Shown here piece after piece: positions 11,612 through 21,728 of a stretch of 41,733 bases of DNA. Each line of letters begins with the position of its first letter. Within the stretch, counting starts at the first letter, position 1. Under the pieces are notes generated by a model. It was not told where the DNA came from and did not search any database. It was given only the letters and a program-made list of their open reading frames with translations. The position numbers and the translations under genes were made by a program. Location: the NCBI GenBank assembly GCA_020852215.1, contig JADZBF010000332.1:1-41733 (forward strand), written 5' to 3'. This DNA is from Lysobacter sp. (lineage in GTDB: Bacteria; Pseudomonadota; Gammaproteobacteria; Xanthomonadales; Xanthomonadaceae).

Positions 11612-12168
11612 TGCGCCGCGCCCGTCTTTTCCTGACTATCCGTTCGTCCGCGCGCTTGGCGCTGGGCTTCGCGCTCGTCGCGGGCCTCGCAGGCTGCGCG
11701 CGGACCATCACCAGCGAACCCGGCGAAGCGCCGAATCTGCAGAAGTGGACCGAAGACGTGAAGGCGCGACCGGCGCCGCCGCTCGAACCGCTGCCGGTGA
11801 TGAAGCAGTTCGAACAGTTCGAATATTCCGCGGCGGGTTTGCGCGATCCGTTCACGACCGCGTTCTCGCCGGGTACCGGAAATAGCGGCCCGCGCCCGGA
11901 CGCGAACCGCCGCAAACAAGTGTTGGAGCAGTATCCGCTCGACAGTCTCGACATGGTCGGCACGATCGGCACGGGTCGCGGACTGGTTGCTTTGGTGATG
12001 GTGCCCGAGAAGGTGACGTATCGGGTGCGGCCAGGGGATTACATGGGGCAGAGCGACGGGCGCGTTACCGGGGTGTTCGAGGACCGCATCGAGTTGATGG
12101 AACTGGTTCCGGACGGTGGCGGCAGTTGGCAGGAGCGAGCGGCGACGATTTCGCTCGACGACGAATAA
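11611..12168 (+). CDS. pilP: Type IV pilus assembly lipoprotein PilP
   Basis: Lipobox LAGC, RDPF, LEQYPLDSLDMVGT, GDYMGQSDGRV. Confidence 0.96.
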   Translation: MRRARLFLTIRSSARLALGFALVAGLAGCARTITSEPGEAPNLQKWTEDVKARPAPPLEPLPVMKQFEQFEYSAAGLRDPFTTAFSPGTGNSGPRPDANRRKQVLEQYPLDSLDMVGTIGTGRGLVALVMVPEKVTYRVRPGDYMGQSDGRVTGVFEDRIELMELVPDGGGSWQERAATISLDDE

Positions 12169-12185
12169 GACGAGGGGATAGCGAA

Positions 12186-14108
12186 ATGACCGTACTCAAA
12201 GCGCAAAGGCTGCAACAGGGCCGACGCACGTTGCCAGTCAGAGCGGCTGTGTTTGGGCTTGCCGCGGGGATGTTGTCGGCGCTGAGCGCCGTCGGCGCCG
12301 CGCCGCCTGCGCAACCCGCGCCCGCTGCGACCCCTCCCGCCGTCGTGGCGCCCGCTGTCGCGAACGGCCAAACGGCTGGCGTGGCGTCGATCACCAATAT
12401 CGACTTCAAGCAAGGCGAAGGCGGGTCCGGGAAGCTGATCCTGCGTTTCGACCGCGACGGCGCCTTGCCGGATCTGCGCACGACCGATAAAGGCCTGGTC
12501 GTGGACATCGGCAACGCCACGATGCCCGCCAATCTGCAGCGCATTCTCAACGTGACCGACTTCGCGACGCCAGTGCAGCAAGTGCAGGCCAGCGCGAACG
12601 CGAACGTCGCGCAGATCGTGCTGAACACGCGCGGACAGTTCGACCCCCTCGCTTATCAGACCGGCCGCGACTACATCGTCGAAATCGTGCCTCGCGCCGC
12701 CGCCCCGACGCGCGCCGTCGGCGCCAGCGCCGCGATCGCGACGACCGGCCAACGCGTCGCGACCACCGCGCCGGGAGCCAGCCGCACCTACAGCGGCAAG
12801 CCGGTCACGTTCAACTTCCAAGACGTGCCGGTGCGCACGGTACTGCAGCTCATCGCCGAAGAGTCCGGTCTGAACATCGTGGCCAGCGACACCGTGCTGG
12901 GCAATGTCACCTTGCGCTTGATCAACGTGCCGTGGGATCAGGCGCTCGACATCGTGTTGCAGGCCAAGGCGCTCGACAAGCGCCGCAGCGGCAACGTGGT
13001 GTGGGTCGCGCCGCAGGCGGAAATCGCCAAGTTCGAACAGGACAAGGAAGACGCGCGCATCGCGATCGAAAATCGCGTCGAGACCGTCACCGAGTACATT
13101 CCGGTGAGCTACGGCAACGCCGAGGACATCGCGAAACTGCTCACCGACGAAAGCAAGGGCGCGCAGAACAGCGGTGGCGGCGGTGCCGGCGCCGGTGGCG
13201 GCGGCAATCAGCAGTTCAATCGCGGTTTCCTCTCGCCGCGCGGCAGCATCAGCTTCGATCGCCGCACCAACACGCTGCTCGTGATCGACATTCCGGCGCG
13301 GGTGTCCGAGATCCGCCGATTGATCAACCAGTTGGATAAGCCTGTCGATCAAGTGCTGATCGAGGCGCGCATCGTGATCGCGAACGAAGATTTCGCGCGC
13401 GAGCTCGGCGCGAAGTTCGGCATCCGCGGCACGAAAGACAATGTGACCCTCGGCGGCGGTTTGGCGGGCGGCACGCCCGGCGTGAACAACGGCCTGAGCG
13501 TGAACCTTCCTTCGACGCCCGGTTCTCTCGTCACCGCCAACCCGGCGTCGGTCGCGCTGACGTTCCTGAACGCCGGCTACGGTTTGGACATCGAACTGAC
13601 CGCGATGCAGGAAGAAGGCCGCGGCGAAGTGATCTCCAATCCGCGCGTGGTGACCAGCAATCAACGCGAAGCGGTCATCAAGCAGGGTCGCGAAGTGGGC
13701 TATATCACGACGCAGGCGACCGGCGGACAAATCACGCAGACGGTCAACTTCAAAGAAATCGTGTTGGAGCTGAAGGTCACGCCGACCATCACCAACGATG
13801 GCCGCGTGTTCATGTCGATGAACGTCAAGAAGGACGAACTGGAGCAGTTCGTGCAGACGGTGAACGGTTCGGTGCCGCTGATCGCCAAACGCGAAGTGAA
13901 CACCGCCGTGCTGGTGGACGACGGCAATACCGTCGTGATCGGCGGCGTGTACGAATTCAAGAGCACCAGCGACGTCGCCAAAGTGCCGTTCCTGGCCGAC
14001 GTGCCGTTCCTGGGCAACCTCTTCAAGAAGAAGGGCCGCTCGAAGAACAAGGCGGAGTTGTTGATCTTCGTGACGCCCAAGGTGATTCCGGTCGCGCAGC
14101 GCATCTGA
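12186..14108 (+). CDS. pilQ: Type IV pilus secretin PilQ
   Basis: FNFQDVPVRTVLQLIAE, VPWDQALD, QVLIEARIV, KVPFLADVPFLGNLFK, ELLIFVTPK; RBS gagggg. Confidence 0.97.
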   Translation: MTVLKAQRLQQGRRTLPVRAAVFGLAAGMLSALSAVGAAPPAQPAPAATPPAVVAPAVANGQTAGVASITNIDFKQGEGGSGKLILRFDRDGALPDLRTTDKGLVVDIGNATMPANLQRILNVTDFATPVQQVQASANANVAQIVLNTRGQFDPLAYQTGRDYIVEIVPRAAAPTRAVGASAAIATTGQRVATTAPGASRTYSGKPVTFNFQDVPVRTVLQLIAEESGLNIVASDTVLGNVTLRLINVPWDQALDIVLQAKALDKRRSGNVVWVAPQAEIAKFEQDKEDARIAIENRVETVTEYIPVSYGNAEDIAKLLTDESKGAQNSGGGGAGAGGGGNQQFNRGFLSPRGSISFDRRTNTLLVIDIPARVSEIRRLINQLDKPVDQVLIEARIVIANEDFARELGAKFGIRGTKDNVTLGGGLAGGTPGVNNGLSVNLPSTPGSLVTANPASVALTFLNAGYGLDIELTAMQEEGRGEVISNPRVVTSNQREAVIKQGREVGYITTQATGGQITQTVNFKEIVLELKVTPTITNDGRVFMSMNVKKDELEQFVQTVNGSVPLIAKREVNTAVLVDDGNTVVIGGVYEFKSTSDVAKVPFLADVPFLGNLFKKKGRSKNKAELLIFVTPKVIPVAQRI

Positions 14109-14138
14109 TCCGCGCGTCCAGACCGCAGACGAACGACG

Positions 14139-14165
14139 GCGGGGGCTTCGGCCCCCGCTTTTTTT
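14139..14165 (+). terminator. Rho-independent terminator of pilMNOPQ
   Basis: gcgggggc-ttcg-gcccccgc followed by a T-run. Confidence 0.92.
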
Positions 14166-14342
14166 GTGCGGTTGGTGCCCGGGCATATGCCACCCGGCCT
14201 CGCGCCCGACGAGCGCGCGGTCGAGGCGACCGGGACGGACTTATTGCGGAAAGCCGATCCAGTCGAAGTGAACATTTCCCCCGCGCATGCGTCAAACTTC
14301 GGGACCGGCCCTTCCGCCACAGATCAGGATCGCACCTCGTCG

Positions 14343-15359
14343 ATGGATACCCCTCAAACCCGCACGCCGAGCCGGCTGCATACCGCATTCGCCGATTTGC
14401 GCGATAGCCTGTCGGCCGAGATCGTCGGCCAATCCGCGCTGATCGAACGCTTGTTGATCGCATTGTTGGCCGATGGACATCTGCTGGTGGAAGGCGCGCC
14501 CGGTTTGGCGAAGACCACGGCGATCCGCGCGCTGTCGGCACGGTTGGAGGCGGATTTCGCGCGCGTGCAGTTCACGCCCGACTTGCTGCCCGCCGACCTC
14601 ACCGGCACCGAGGTTTGGCGGCCGCAGGACGGTCAGTTCGAATTCCAGCCCGGGCCGATTTTTCATCAGCTGTTGCTGGCCGACGAAATCAACCGCGCGC
14701 CGGCCAAAGTGCAATCGGCCTTGCTCGAAGCCATGGGCGAGCGGCAGGTGACGGTCGGCCGCCGCACCTATCCGCTGTCGCGTTTGTTTCTGGTGATGGC
14801 GACGCAAAACCCGATCGAACAGGAAGGCACGGTCCCGCTGCCGGAGGCGCAGCTTGATCGCTTCCTGATGTACGTGCGCATCGGTTACCCCGAGGCGACG
14901 ATGGAAGGCGAAATTCTTCGCCTCGCCCGCGAACGCGCGCGCGAAGCCAATGCCGAAGGCGCGACCGGCGAAGCGTCGCGGGCGCCCGCGGTGACGAAGA
15001 TCACGCCGGCCGATGTGTTCGCGGCGCGTTCGGCGGTGCTGGATTTGCACATGTCGCCCGCGCTGGAGCGCTATTTGATCGAATTGGTGCTGGTGTCGCG
15101 CAATGCCGCGCGTTACGACCAAGCGCTGGCCCGACGCATCGGCTGGGGCGCCAGCCCGCGCGGTTCGATCGCGTTGGAGCGTTGCGCCCGCGCCCGCGCC
15201 TGGCTGGCCGGCCGCGATTTCGTCACCCCCGAAGACGTGCGCGATGTCGCGCTCGACGTGCTGCGCCATCGCGTGCTGCCCAGCTACGAGGCCGTCGCCG
15301 AAGGTTGGGACGGCGAGCGCTTGGTGCAGGCCTTGATCGAAAAAGTGCCGTTGCCGTAA
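14343..15359 (+). CDS. moxR: MoxR-family AAA+ ATPase
   Basis: GHLLVEGAPGLAKT (Walker A), RVQFTPDLLPAD, LLADEINRAPAKVQSALLEAM, ATQNPIEQEG, GASPRG. Confidence 0.96.
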   Translation: MDTPQTRTPSRLHTAFADLRDSLSAEIVGQSALIERLLIALLADGHLLVEGAPGLAKTTAIRALSARLEADFARVQFTPDLLPADLTGTEVWRPQDGQFEFQPGPIFHQLLLADEINRAPAKVQSALLEAMGERQVTVGRRTYPLSRLFLVMATQNPIEQEGTVPLPEAQLDRFLMYVRIGYPEATMEGEILRLARERAREANAEGATGEASRAPAVTKITPADVFAARSAVLDLHMSPALERYLIELVLVSRNAARYDQALARRIGWGASPRGSIALERCARARAWLAGRDFVTPEDVRDVALDVLRHRVLPSYEAVAEGWDGERLVQALIEKVPLP

Positions 15360-15447
15360 GCGCATCCAAACGCGGCGCGATCCGCGCTTCGGCGCCGAAG
15401 TTCCCACAACCGCGACGACGCACTCGATCCCCCGAACATCGGAACGT

Positions 15448-16353
15448 ATGGATTCCACGACCACCGCCAACGGCATCGCCCCGACGCTCGACGAACTCGT
15501 CGCGCTGCGGCGTTCGGTGCTCGGTCGCCGTCCGCCGCGACGCGGACGTCATGGCTTGAGCGGTCAGGCGGCCTCGCCGGTGCGCGGTCGCGGAATGGAA
15601 TACGCCGAATCGCGCGAGTACGCGATCGGCGACGATGCGCGGCATATCGATTGGCGGCTCACCGCGCGTACCGGCAAGCCGCATACCAAATTGTTTCAGG
15701 CCGAACGCGAGCGCTTGACGCTGATCGTGGCCGACACCGCGCCGACGCTGTATTTCGGTACGCGCGCGCGCTTCAAATCGGTGCAGGCCGCGCGCGCGGG
15801 CGCGGTGGCGTGTTGGGCCGCGGTGCGCGACGGCGACCGTATCGCCGCCTTGCGCGCGAGCGTGCGCGAGCCGCCGCGTACGCCGGTGGCGGGCGTCCGC
15901 GGCGCGCTGCGCGTGCTCGACGGCTTGGTGCGCTGGTATACGCAGCCGCCGCAAGACGACGCCGGTTTGGGGATGGCGCTCGATCACGCCGATCGCTTGC
16001 TGCGTCCGGGCTCGCGCCTGTTGGTGTTGGCCGACCCGTTGAGCATCGCGGCGGTACCCGAATCGCGTTGGCCCACGCTCGCGCAGCATCGCGAAGTGGT
16101 GGTGCTGCTGCTGAGCGATCCGCTCGAGCGCGATCCGCCGCGTCGCGCGTTGCCGTTTTTCTCGGCCGGACATCGACTGGAACTGGACCTCGCCGCCAGT
16201 GCGCCGCGTCAGCGCTGGGACCAGACGTTCGTCGCGCCCTTGCGGCATGCGTTGGCGGTACTCGGGCGCAGCGGCATTCGCGTGCAGGTGCTGTCGAGCG
16301 AAGCCGATAGCGCGATGTGGTTGCCGTTGTTCGGCCAGACGAGGGCGGCATGA
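15448..16353 (+). CDS. DUF58 domain protein
   Basis: GRGMEYAESREYAIGDDARHIDWRLTAR...KLFQAERE. Confidence 0.94.
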   Translation: MDSTTTANGIAPTLDELVALRRSVLGRRPPRRGRHGLSGQAASPVRGRGMEYAESREYAIGDDARHIDWRLTARTGKPHTKLFQAERERLTLIVADTAPTLYFGTRARFKSVQAARAGAVACWAAVRDGDRIAALRASVREPPRTPVAGVRGALRVLDGLVRWYTQPPQDDAGLGMALDHADRLLRPGSRLLVLADPLSIAAVPESRWPTLAQHREVVVLLLSDPLERDPPRRALPFFSAGHRLELDLAASAPRQRWDQTFVAPLRHALAVLGRSGIRVQVLSSEADSAMWLPLFGQTRAA

Positions 16354-16811
16354 GCGCGCCGAACGATCTGGTGTTGCGCGATATCCACACGCCCGGCGCG
16401 CCGAGCTGGTGGCCGCCCGCGCCGGGTTGGTGGTTGGCGCTCGCCGCGGTGCTGGTCATCGTCGCGTTGGCGCTGTGGTGGCGCGCGCGTCGTCGCCGCC
16501 GTCGCGAAGCGATGTTTCGCGTCTTCGACGAGACCATCGCGGCGGCGGTCGGCGCGCCCGCGCAGATCGCGGCGATGTCGGAACTGTTGCGCCGCGCCTC
16601 GCGTCGTCGCGATCCGAAAGCGGATCGCTTGACGGGCGATGCCTGGCTGCGTTTTCTCGACGACAGCGGGCGGCGGACGACGTTCAGCGCCGGCCCCGGT
16701 CGCTTGTTGCTCGATGGCGGCTTTCGCCGCGAAGTGCCGACGCAAGAACTGGCCGCGCTGCGCGCGGTCGCGCGCGAACGCTTCGCGCAGTTGATGGGGA
16801 CACGCGGATGA
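16350..16811 (+). CDS. DUF4381 domain protein
   Basis: LRDIHTP...SWWPPAPGWW, one TM helix, LTGDAWLRFLD. Confidence 0.92.
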   Translation: MSAPNDLVLRDIHTPGAPSWWPPAPGWWLALAAVLVIVALALWWRARRRRRREAMFRVFDETIAAAVGAPAQIAAMSELLRRASRRRDPKADRLTGDAWLRFLDDSGRRTTFSAGPGRLLLDGGFRREVPTQELAALRAVARERFAQLMGTRG

Positions 16812-17908
16812 GCGCGGATGCGGGCGCCATCGGCGGACTCGTTGCGAGCGCGTCGTCGGCCGTTTCGTCGGGCGTGTCTTCGATCGCGTCGTTCTTCGGT
16901 CTCGCGGGTTTCGCGTGGCCGTGGTGGTGGCTGTGTCTGCCGTTGCCGCTGCTGGTGCGCTGGTTATTGCCGGCGGTCGGCAGTCGCGAGACCGCGCTGC
17001 GCGTGCCTTACGGCGCGCGCCTGGAGGGCTTGGCGGTGCGTCGTCCGGCGCCGGTCAAGCATGCCGGTTTCGGGCAGATGTGGCTGTGGTTCGCATGGGC
17101 GGCGCTGTGCATCGCGGCGTCGCGGCCGCAGCAAATGGGCGAAGTCGCGCAACCGCCGCAATCCGCACGCGACATGATGATCGCGCTGGACCTTTCCGGC
17201 AGCATGCAGCAGGTCGATATGGAACTGCGCGGCCGCGCCGCGGACCGGCTCAGCGTCGCCAAGGCGGTGATCGCGGATTTTCTCGATCGCCGCGGCGGCG
17301 ATCGCGTCGGCTTGATCGTCTTCGGCGAGCGCGCGTATGCGATGACGCCGCTGACCTACGATCTGGAAACGGTGCGCGAGCAATTGCGCATCACCACGAT
17401 CGGGTTGGCGGGCAAGGAAACCGCGATCGGCGACGCCATCGCGTTGGGCGCGAAGCGCCTGCGTCAGCAGCCGGCGGAACAACGCGTGCTGATTCTGTTG
17501 ACCGACGGCGTGAACACCGCCGGCACTTTCGATCCGGTATCGGCCGCGAACCTCGCGCGCGATGTCGGCGTGCGCGTGCACACCATCGCCTTCGGCGGCT
17601 ACGGCGCGGGTATGTCGGTGTTCGGCTTGCCGATCCGCATGCCCAGCGCCGACAAGATGTTCGACGAGACCACGCTGAAGGAAGTGTCGAGAATCACCGG
17701 CGGACGCAGTTACAGCGCGCGCGATGTCGATCAACTTGTCGGCATCTACGCCGAGATCAATCGTTTGGAGCCGGTGAAGCGGCCGGGCGAACGTTTGCGT
17801 CCCAAAATCGAGCGCTACCCGTGGCCGTTGGCGGCGGCGCTGCTGTTCGCGGCCATCGCGGCGTTGGTGTCGGCGCGCGGATGGTGGCTCGCGCGGAGGC
17901 GACGCTGA
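16808..17908 (+). CDS. VWA domain membrane protein (BatA-like)
   Basis: MIDAS motif DLSGSM, GDRVGLIVFG, ETAIGDAI, LLTDGVNTAG. Confidence 0.93.
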   Translation: MSADAGAIGGLVASASSAVSSGVSSIASFFGLAGFAWPWWWLCLPLPLLVRWLLPAVGSRETALRVPYGARLEGLAVRRPAPVKHAGFGQMWLWFAWAALCIAASRPQQMGEVAQPPQSARDMMIALDLSGSMQQVDMELRGRAADRLSVAKAVIADFLDRRGGDRVGLIVFGERAYAMTPLTYDLETVREQLRITTIGLAGKETAIGDAIALGAKRLRQQPAEQRVLILLTDGVNTAGTFDPVSAANLARDVGVRVHTIAFGGYGAGMSVFGLPIRMPSADKMFDETTLKEVSRITGGRSYSARDVDQLVGIYAEINRLEPVKRPGERLRPKIERYPWPLAAALLFAAIAALVSARGWWLARRRR

Positions 17909-19902
17909 TGGATTTCGCCGCATGGCAAGACGCTCTGAGTTCCAGCGCGCTCGTCGAAGCGATGCGCACCCTGTCGCGCAGCGGGAGCGAGTTCGCGTTT
18001 CTGCGGCCGTTGTGGTTGTTGGGTCTGATCGGATTGCCGCCGTTGCTGTGGTGGTGGTGGCGTCGCGGTCGCGGCCAGGATGTGTGGCGCGACGCGATCG
18101 ATCCGCATCTGTTGCGGCATTTGCTGCAAACCGAAGGGCGAGCGCAGGACGGCCGCATGCGGCGTTTCGGTCGCGCGTTCGGCGCGTTCGCGCTCGCGAT
18201 GGGATACGCGGCGATGTTCCTGGCGTTGGCGGGACCGAGCTGGCGGAAATTGCCGCAGCCGTTGTGGGAGGATCGCGCGCCGCTGGTCATCGCATTGGAT
18301 CTGTCCGAGCGTATTCTCGCCACCGACTTGCCGCCGTCGCGCCTGCAGCGCGCGCGCGCGAAGATCGCGGACATTCTGCGCCGTCGCGGCGGTGGGCAAA
18401 TGGCCCTGGTGGTGTATGCGGCCGATGCCTTCACCGTGTCGCCGCTGACCGAGGATTCCGCCAACATCGCGCTGTATCTCGATGCCTTGCATCCGAACAT
18501 CATGCCCGGTCGCGGCAGTCGCACCGATCGCGGCATCGCCGAGTCGGCGTTGTTGTTGCGCCGCGCCGGGTTCCGCAACGGCGAGATACTGGTCATCACC
18601 GACATGCTGGACGGCGACGATCGTCGCGCGAAGAACGCCGCGAGCGAGGCCGCGAGCGACGGCTATCGGGTCTCGGTGCTGGGCTTGGCCACCGAAAGCG
18701 GTGCGCAACGCATGGTGCGCGGCGTCGCCGAAGCGATCCGGCTCGACGGTTCGGCGCTGGCGTCGTTGGCGTCCGAGGGCAAGGGGCGCTATGCCCCGAT
18801 CGCGCCCGACGACAGCGATCTGCGCGCCTTGGGCGTGTTGAATGCGCAGCGCATCAACGCGACCGAGGCCGGCGGCAAGCGCGGCGCGATGGCGATCGAC
18901 GACGGCTATTGGTTGCTGCCGCTGGTGATGCTGGCGGCGGTGTTTTCGTTCCGACGCGGTCTGTTCGCGGTGGCGCTGCTGTGTTGTTTGCCGTGGCAGA
19001 CGGCCCAGGCCGCGGACGGCAATTTGTGGTTGCGCCGCGATCAGCAGGAGCATCGTGCGATGCGGCAGGCCAGCGAGGCCTTCAAGCGTCGCGATTACGC
19101 GACGGCCGAACGCATTTGGCGCGAACTGCCCGGCGTCGAGGCGGATTACAACCGCGGCAACGCATTGGCGCGTCAAGGCCGTTATCCGGAGGCGATCGAC
19201 GCCTACGACGAAGCCTTGCGCGCCCAGCCGGCGATGGCCGATGCGATCGAGAATCGGCGCGCGGTCGTCGAAGCGATGCGTCGCAAGCCGCCGCAACAGC
19301 CAAACGATCCGAAAAACGATCAGAAGAACGACCAGAAGAACGATCAGAAAAACGATCAGAAAAACGATCAGAAGAACGATCAGAAGAATGATCAGAAGAA
19401 CGATCAGAAGAATGATCAGAAGAATGATCAGAAGAATGATCAGAAGAACGATCAACAACAACAGAACCAGAACGACCCGAAAAACGGCCAAGACCAGAAG
19501 CAGAACAATCCCAACGGATCGGATGGCAAGCCGCAGGATCGCCAGGAGCCGCGGCAAGACGGGCGTCCGCAACCGCGTTCGCCCGCGAGCGACAACGCGC
19601 AAAAACAAAACGCGCAAGCGCAAAAGCCCGAGCCCGACGGCGACAAGCCCGACGATCCGAAGGCGCAGCGCGATGCCGATGCCGCGCAACGCGAGCGCAT
19701 GGCGCGCGCGCTCGAAAATCGGCAGAAAGCCGTTCCGTCCGGGCCGGGCGAAAAGGGCCGCAAGGAAACCGCGCAGGAGCAGCAAATCCGCATCTTGAAC
19801 GAGGCCCGTCTGCGTCGCGTGCCGGACGACCCCGGTGGGTTGTTGCGCGCGAAGTTCGAGCAGGAACAGCGTCGACGGGCGCGCGGGGACGCTCGCCGAT
19901 GA
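17908..19902 (+). CDS. VWA plus TPR protein (BatB/BatC-like) with low-complexity C-terminal linker
   Basis: FLRPLWLL, LAGPSW, DLPPSRLQRAR, YNRGNALARQGRY TPR, LRRVPDDPGGLLRAKF. Confidence 0.92.
   Translation: MDFAAWQDALSSSALVEAMRTLSRSGSEFAFLRPLWLLGLIGLPPLLWWWWRRGRGQDVWRDAIDPHLLRHLLQTEGRAQDGRMRRFGRAFGAFALAMGYAAMFLALAGPSWRKLPQPLWEDRAPLVIALDLSERILATDLPPSRLQRARAKIADILRRRGGGQMALVVYAADAFTVSPLTEDSANIALYLDALHPNIMPGRGSRTDRGIAESALLLRRAGFRNGEILVITDMLDGDDRRAKNAASEAASDGYRVSVLGLATESGAQRMVRGVAEAIRLDGSALASLASEGKGRYAPIAPDDSDLRALGVLNAQRINATEAGGKRGAMAIDDGYWLLPLVMLAAVFSFRRGLFAVALLCCLPWQTAQAADGNLWLRRDQQEHRAMRQASEAFKRRDYATAERIWRELPGVEADYNRGNALARQGRYPEAIDAYDEALRAQPAMADAIENRRAVVEAMRRKPPQQPNDPKNDQKNDQKNDQKNDQKNDQKNDQKNDQKNDQKNDQKNDQKNDQKNDQQQQNQNDPKNGQDQKQNNPNGSDGKPQDRQEPRQDGRPQPRSPASDNAQKQNAQAQKPEPDGDKPDDPKAQRDADAAQRERMARALENRQKAVPSGPGEKGRKETAQEQQIRILNEARLRRVPDDPGGLLRAKFEQEQRRRARGDARR
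19312..19455 (+). repeat. In-frame 12-bp VNTR, 12 copies encoding KNDQ
   Basis: (AAR AAY GAY CAR)x12 read directly. Confidence 0.97.
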
Positions 19903-21629
19903 TCGCGCGTACGGTCCGCATTTCGGTATTGCGCGCATTCGCCGCGTTGTGGCTTTGCGTCGCGCTGATGGCGGGGCCGGCGGCCGCGGAGAGTCGCGCT
20001 GTTATCGATCGCGACCGTCTTGCGCTCGACGACACATTGACGATGACGGTCCAAGTCGAAGACGAAGCCTTGCTCGACTTGCCGGACTTCAATCAACTCC
20101 TCACGAACTTCCGCATCGAGGATATAAAAACCGACCAGCAGCTCATCATGGGGCCCGGTCGGATGGGGCTGCGCATGTCGCTGATTTTGAAGTTGCGGCC
20201 GAAGCGCGAGGGGCGCATCGATATTCCGCCGTTCCGCGTCGGCAACCAGATGCTGGGGCCCTTCGTCGTCACCGTGCTGCCGCCGCGCAATCCGCAGCCG
20301 GTCGCGCTGCCGCCGCCGGTGCCGTCGGCGCAAAGCAGCGATAGAGGCATGGCGACGCTGCAGACGTCGATCGAGCCCGGCCCTGCGTACGCGCAGCAGG
20401 CCGTGGGCTATGTGGTGCGCCTGTACTACGATCAGACGCGGATGATCGACGGAAAGCTCGACCAGGCGACGCCGCCGGGCGCGACGCTGATGCAACTGGG
20501 CGACGATGTGGAGTCCAATCTCGTCATCGATAGCCGGCCATACCGATTGGTGGAACGTCGTTTTCTGTTGATTCCCGACCGCCCGGGGCTATTGCGGATA
20601 CCGTCGCCGGTGTTCGAAGGCCGCGGCGTGGTGTCGATGTTCGACGAGATGTTCGGCAACGCCAGTCGCGGCACGACGAAAATCGCGGGCGAGTCGCGCA
20701 GCGTGCAAGTGCGGCCGATCCCCGCGAATGCGCCGCAACCCTGGCTGCCCGCACGCAGCGTGAGCTTGCGGTATCTCGCGGTCGAGCGCTCGCCGCGAGT
20801 CGGCGAAGCGGCGAAGGTGATCGTGGAAATGAGCGTCGACGGCGCGAACGCGGTGATGCTGCCGGAACTGAAGCTCGATGCCGTCGGCGCCGCGCAGGTC
20901 TTCCCCGAGCCGCCGCAGGTCGACGAGAGTTTCTTCGAGAATCGGCCGCGCGCCACCGTGGCGCGCGAGTTTTCGATCGTGCCCGAGAAAACCGGGAAGC
21001 TGCACATCGCCGGCCCGCGCGTGGCCTGGTGGGACGTGAAACAAGGCGTCGCGCGCACCGCGTCGCTGCCCGATTTCATGTGGGACGTCGCGCCGGCCGC
21101 GAATGCGACCGGGCAGGCGGCGCAAGTCGGCGGCGCGGCCGGCGAAGCGGCGAAGGGCGAACGTTTCGGGCAAGGTCTTTTCAAGCGCTTCGACCGCGCA
21201 ACCCTCGGTATCGCCGCGGGGTCGATGCTCGCGCTGATGTGGGCGGCGACTTTGGTGTGGGCTTGGCGGCTTTGGAAAGGGCGTCGTCGCGCGCGTCCGA
21301 ACGCGTCCTCGGCGGCGCCGGTCGCGCGTGGCTACGATGCCTTCGCTTACAAGCGTTTGCTCGACAACGGCAGTCTCGCCGAGATCGCCGATGCCTTGTG
21401 CGCGATGGCCTCGCCGGTCGCGAAAGATCTGGACCGTTTGCGCGTGATGCTCGACGACCCCATGCAGCGCGCCGCGATCGATGCCTTGCAGCGCGCGCGT
21501 TGGCGCGACGGCTCGGTCGCGGAAACGCGCGCGCAACTGCGGGCCGCGTTCGCCGATGGGCCGCGTTGGCGTCCGCAACGGCGCGCGACCGCGCCGACGA
21601 TACTGCCGCCGTTGTATCCCGAGACCTGA
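19899..21629 (+). CDS. BatD-family protein
   Basis: Signal peptide, AVIDRDRL, LRPKREGRIDIPPFRVG, ERRFLLIP, WLPARSVSL, WWDV, C-terminal LPPLYP. Confidence 0.9.
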   Translation: MIARTVRISVLRAFAALWLCVALMAGPAAAESRAVIDRDRLALDDTLTMTVQVEDEALLDLPDFNQLLTNFRIEDIKTDQQLIMGPGRMGLRMSLILKLRPKREGRIDIPPFRVGNQMLGPFVVTVLPPRNPQPVALPPPVPSAQSSDRGMATLQTSIEPGPAYAQQAVGYVVRLYYDQTRMIDGKLDQATPPGATLMQLGDDVESNLVIDSRPYRLVERRFLLIPDRPGLLRIPSPVFEGRGVVSMFDEMFGNASRGTTKIAGESRSVQVRPIPANAPQPWLPARSVSLRYLAVERSPRVGEAAKVIVEMSVDGANAVMLPELKLDAVGAAQVFPEPPQVDESFFENRPRATVAREFSIVPEKTGKLHIAGPRVAWWDVKQGVARTASLPDFMWDVAPAANATGQAAQVGGAAGEAAKGERFGQGLFKRFDRATLGIAAGSMLALMWAATLVWAWRLWKGRRRARPNASSAAPVARGYDAFAYKRLLDNGSLAEIADALCAMASPVAKDLDRLRVMLDDPMQRAAIDALQRARWRDGSVAETRAQLRAAFADGPRWRPQRRATAPTILPPLYPET

Positions 21630-21728
21630 TCCGGAATTCGACGTAGCGCTCGACGCCGCACCCGGCGGTTCGCGCGCGCGGCCGCATCGCGCTGCTGTAT
21701 CCTGCGCCGATCCGTCGCAGGAGCCGCC

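Noticed and set aside
16199-17907. Long N-terminal extensions of the VWA ORFs (16199 and 16915 starts)
   Set aside because: They overlap upstream genes in other frames; coupled starts at 16808 and 17908 fit the operon
14343-21629. MoxR-VWA-Bat operon as the novel system
   Set aside because: Widely distributed, already described gene cluster in an ordinary arrangement
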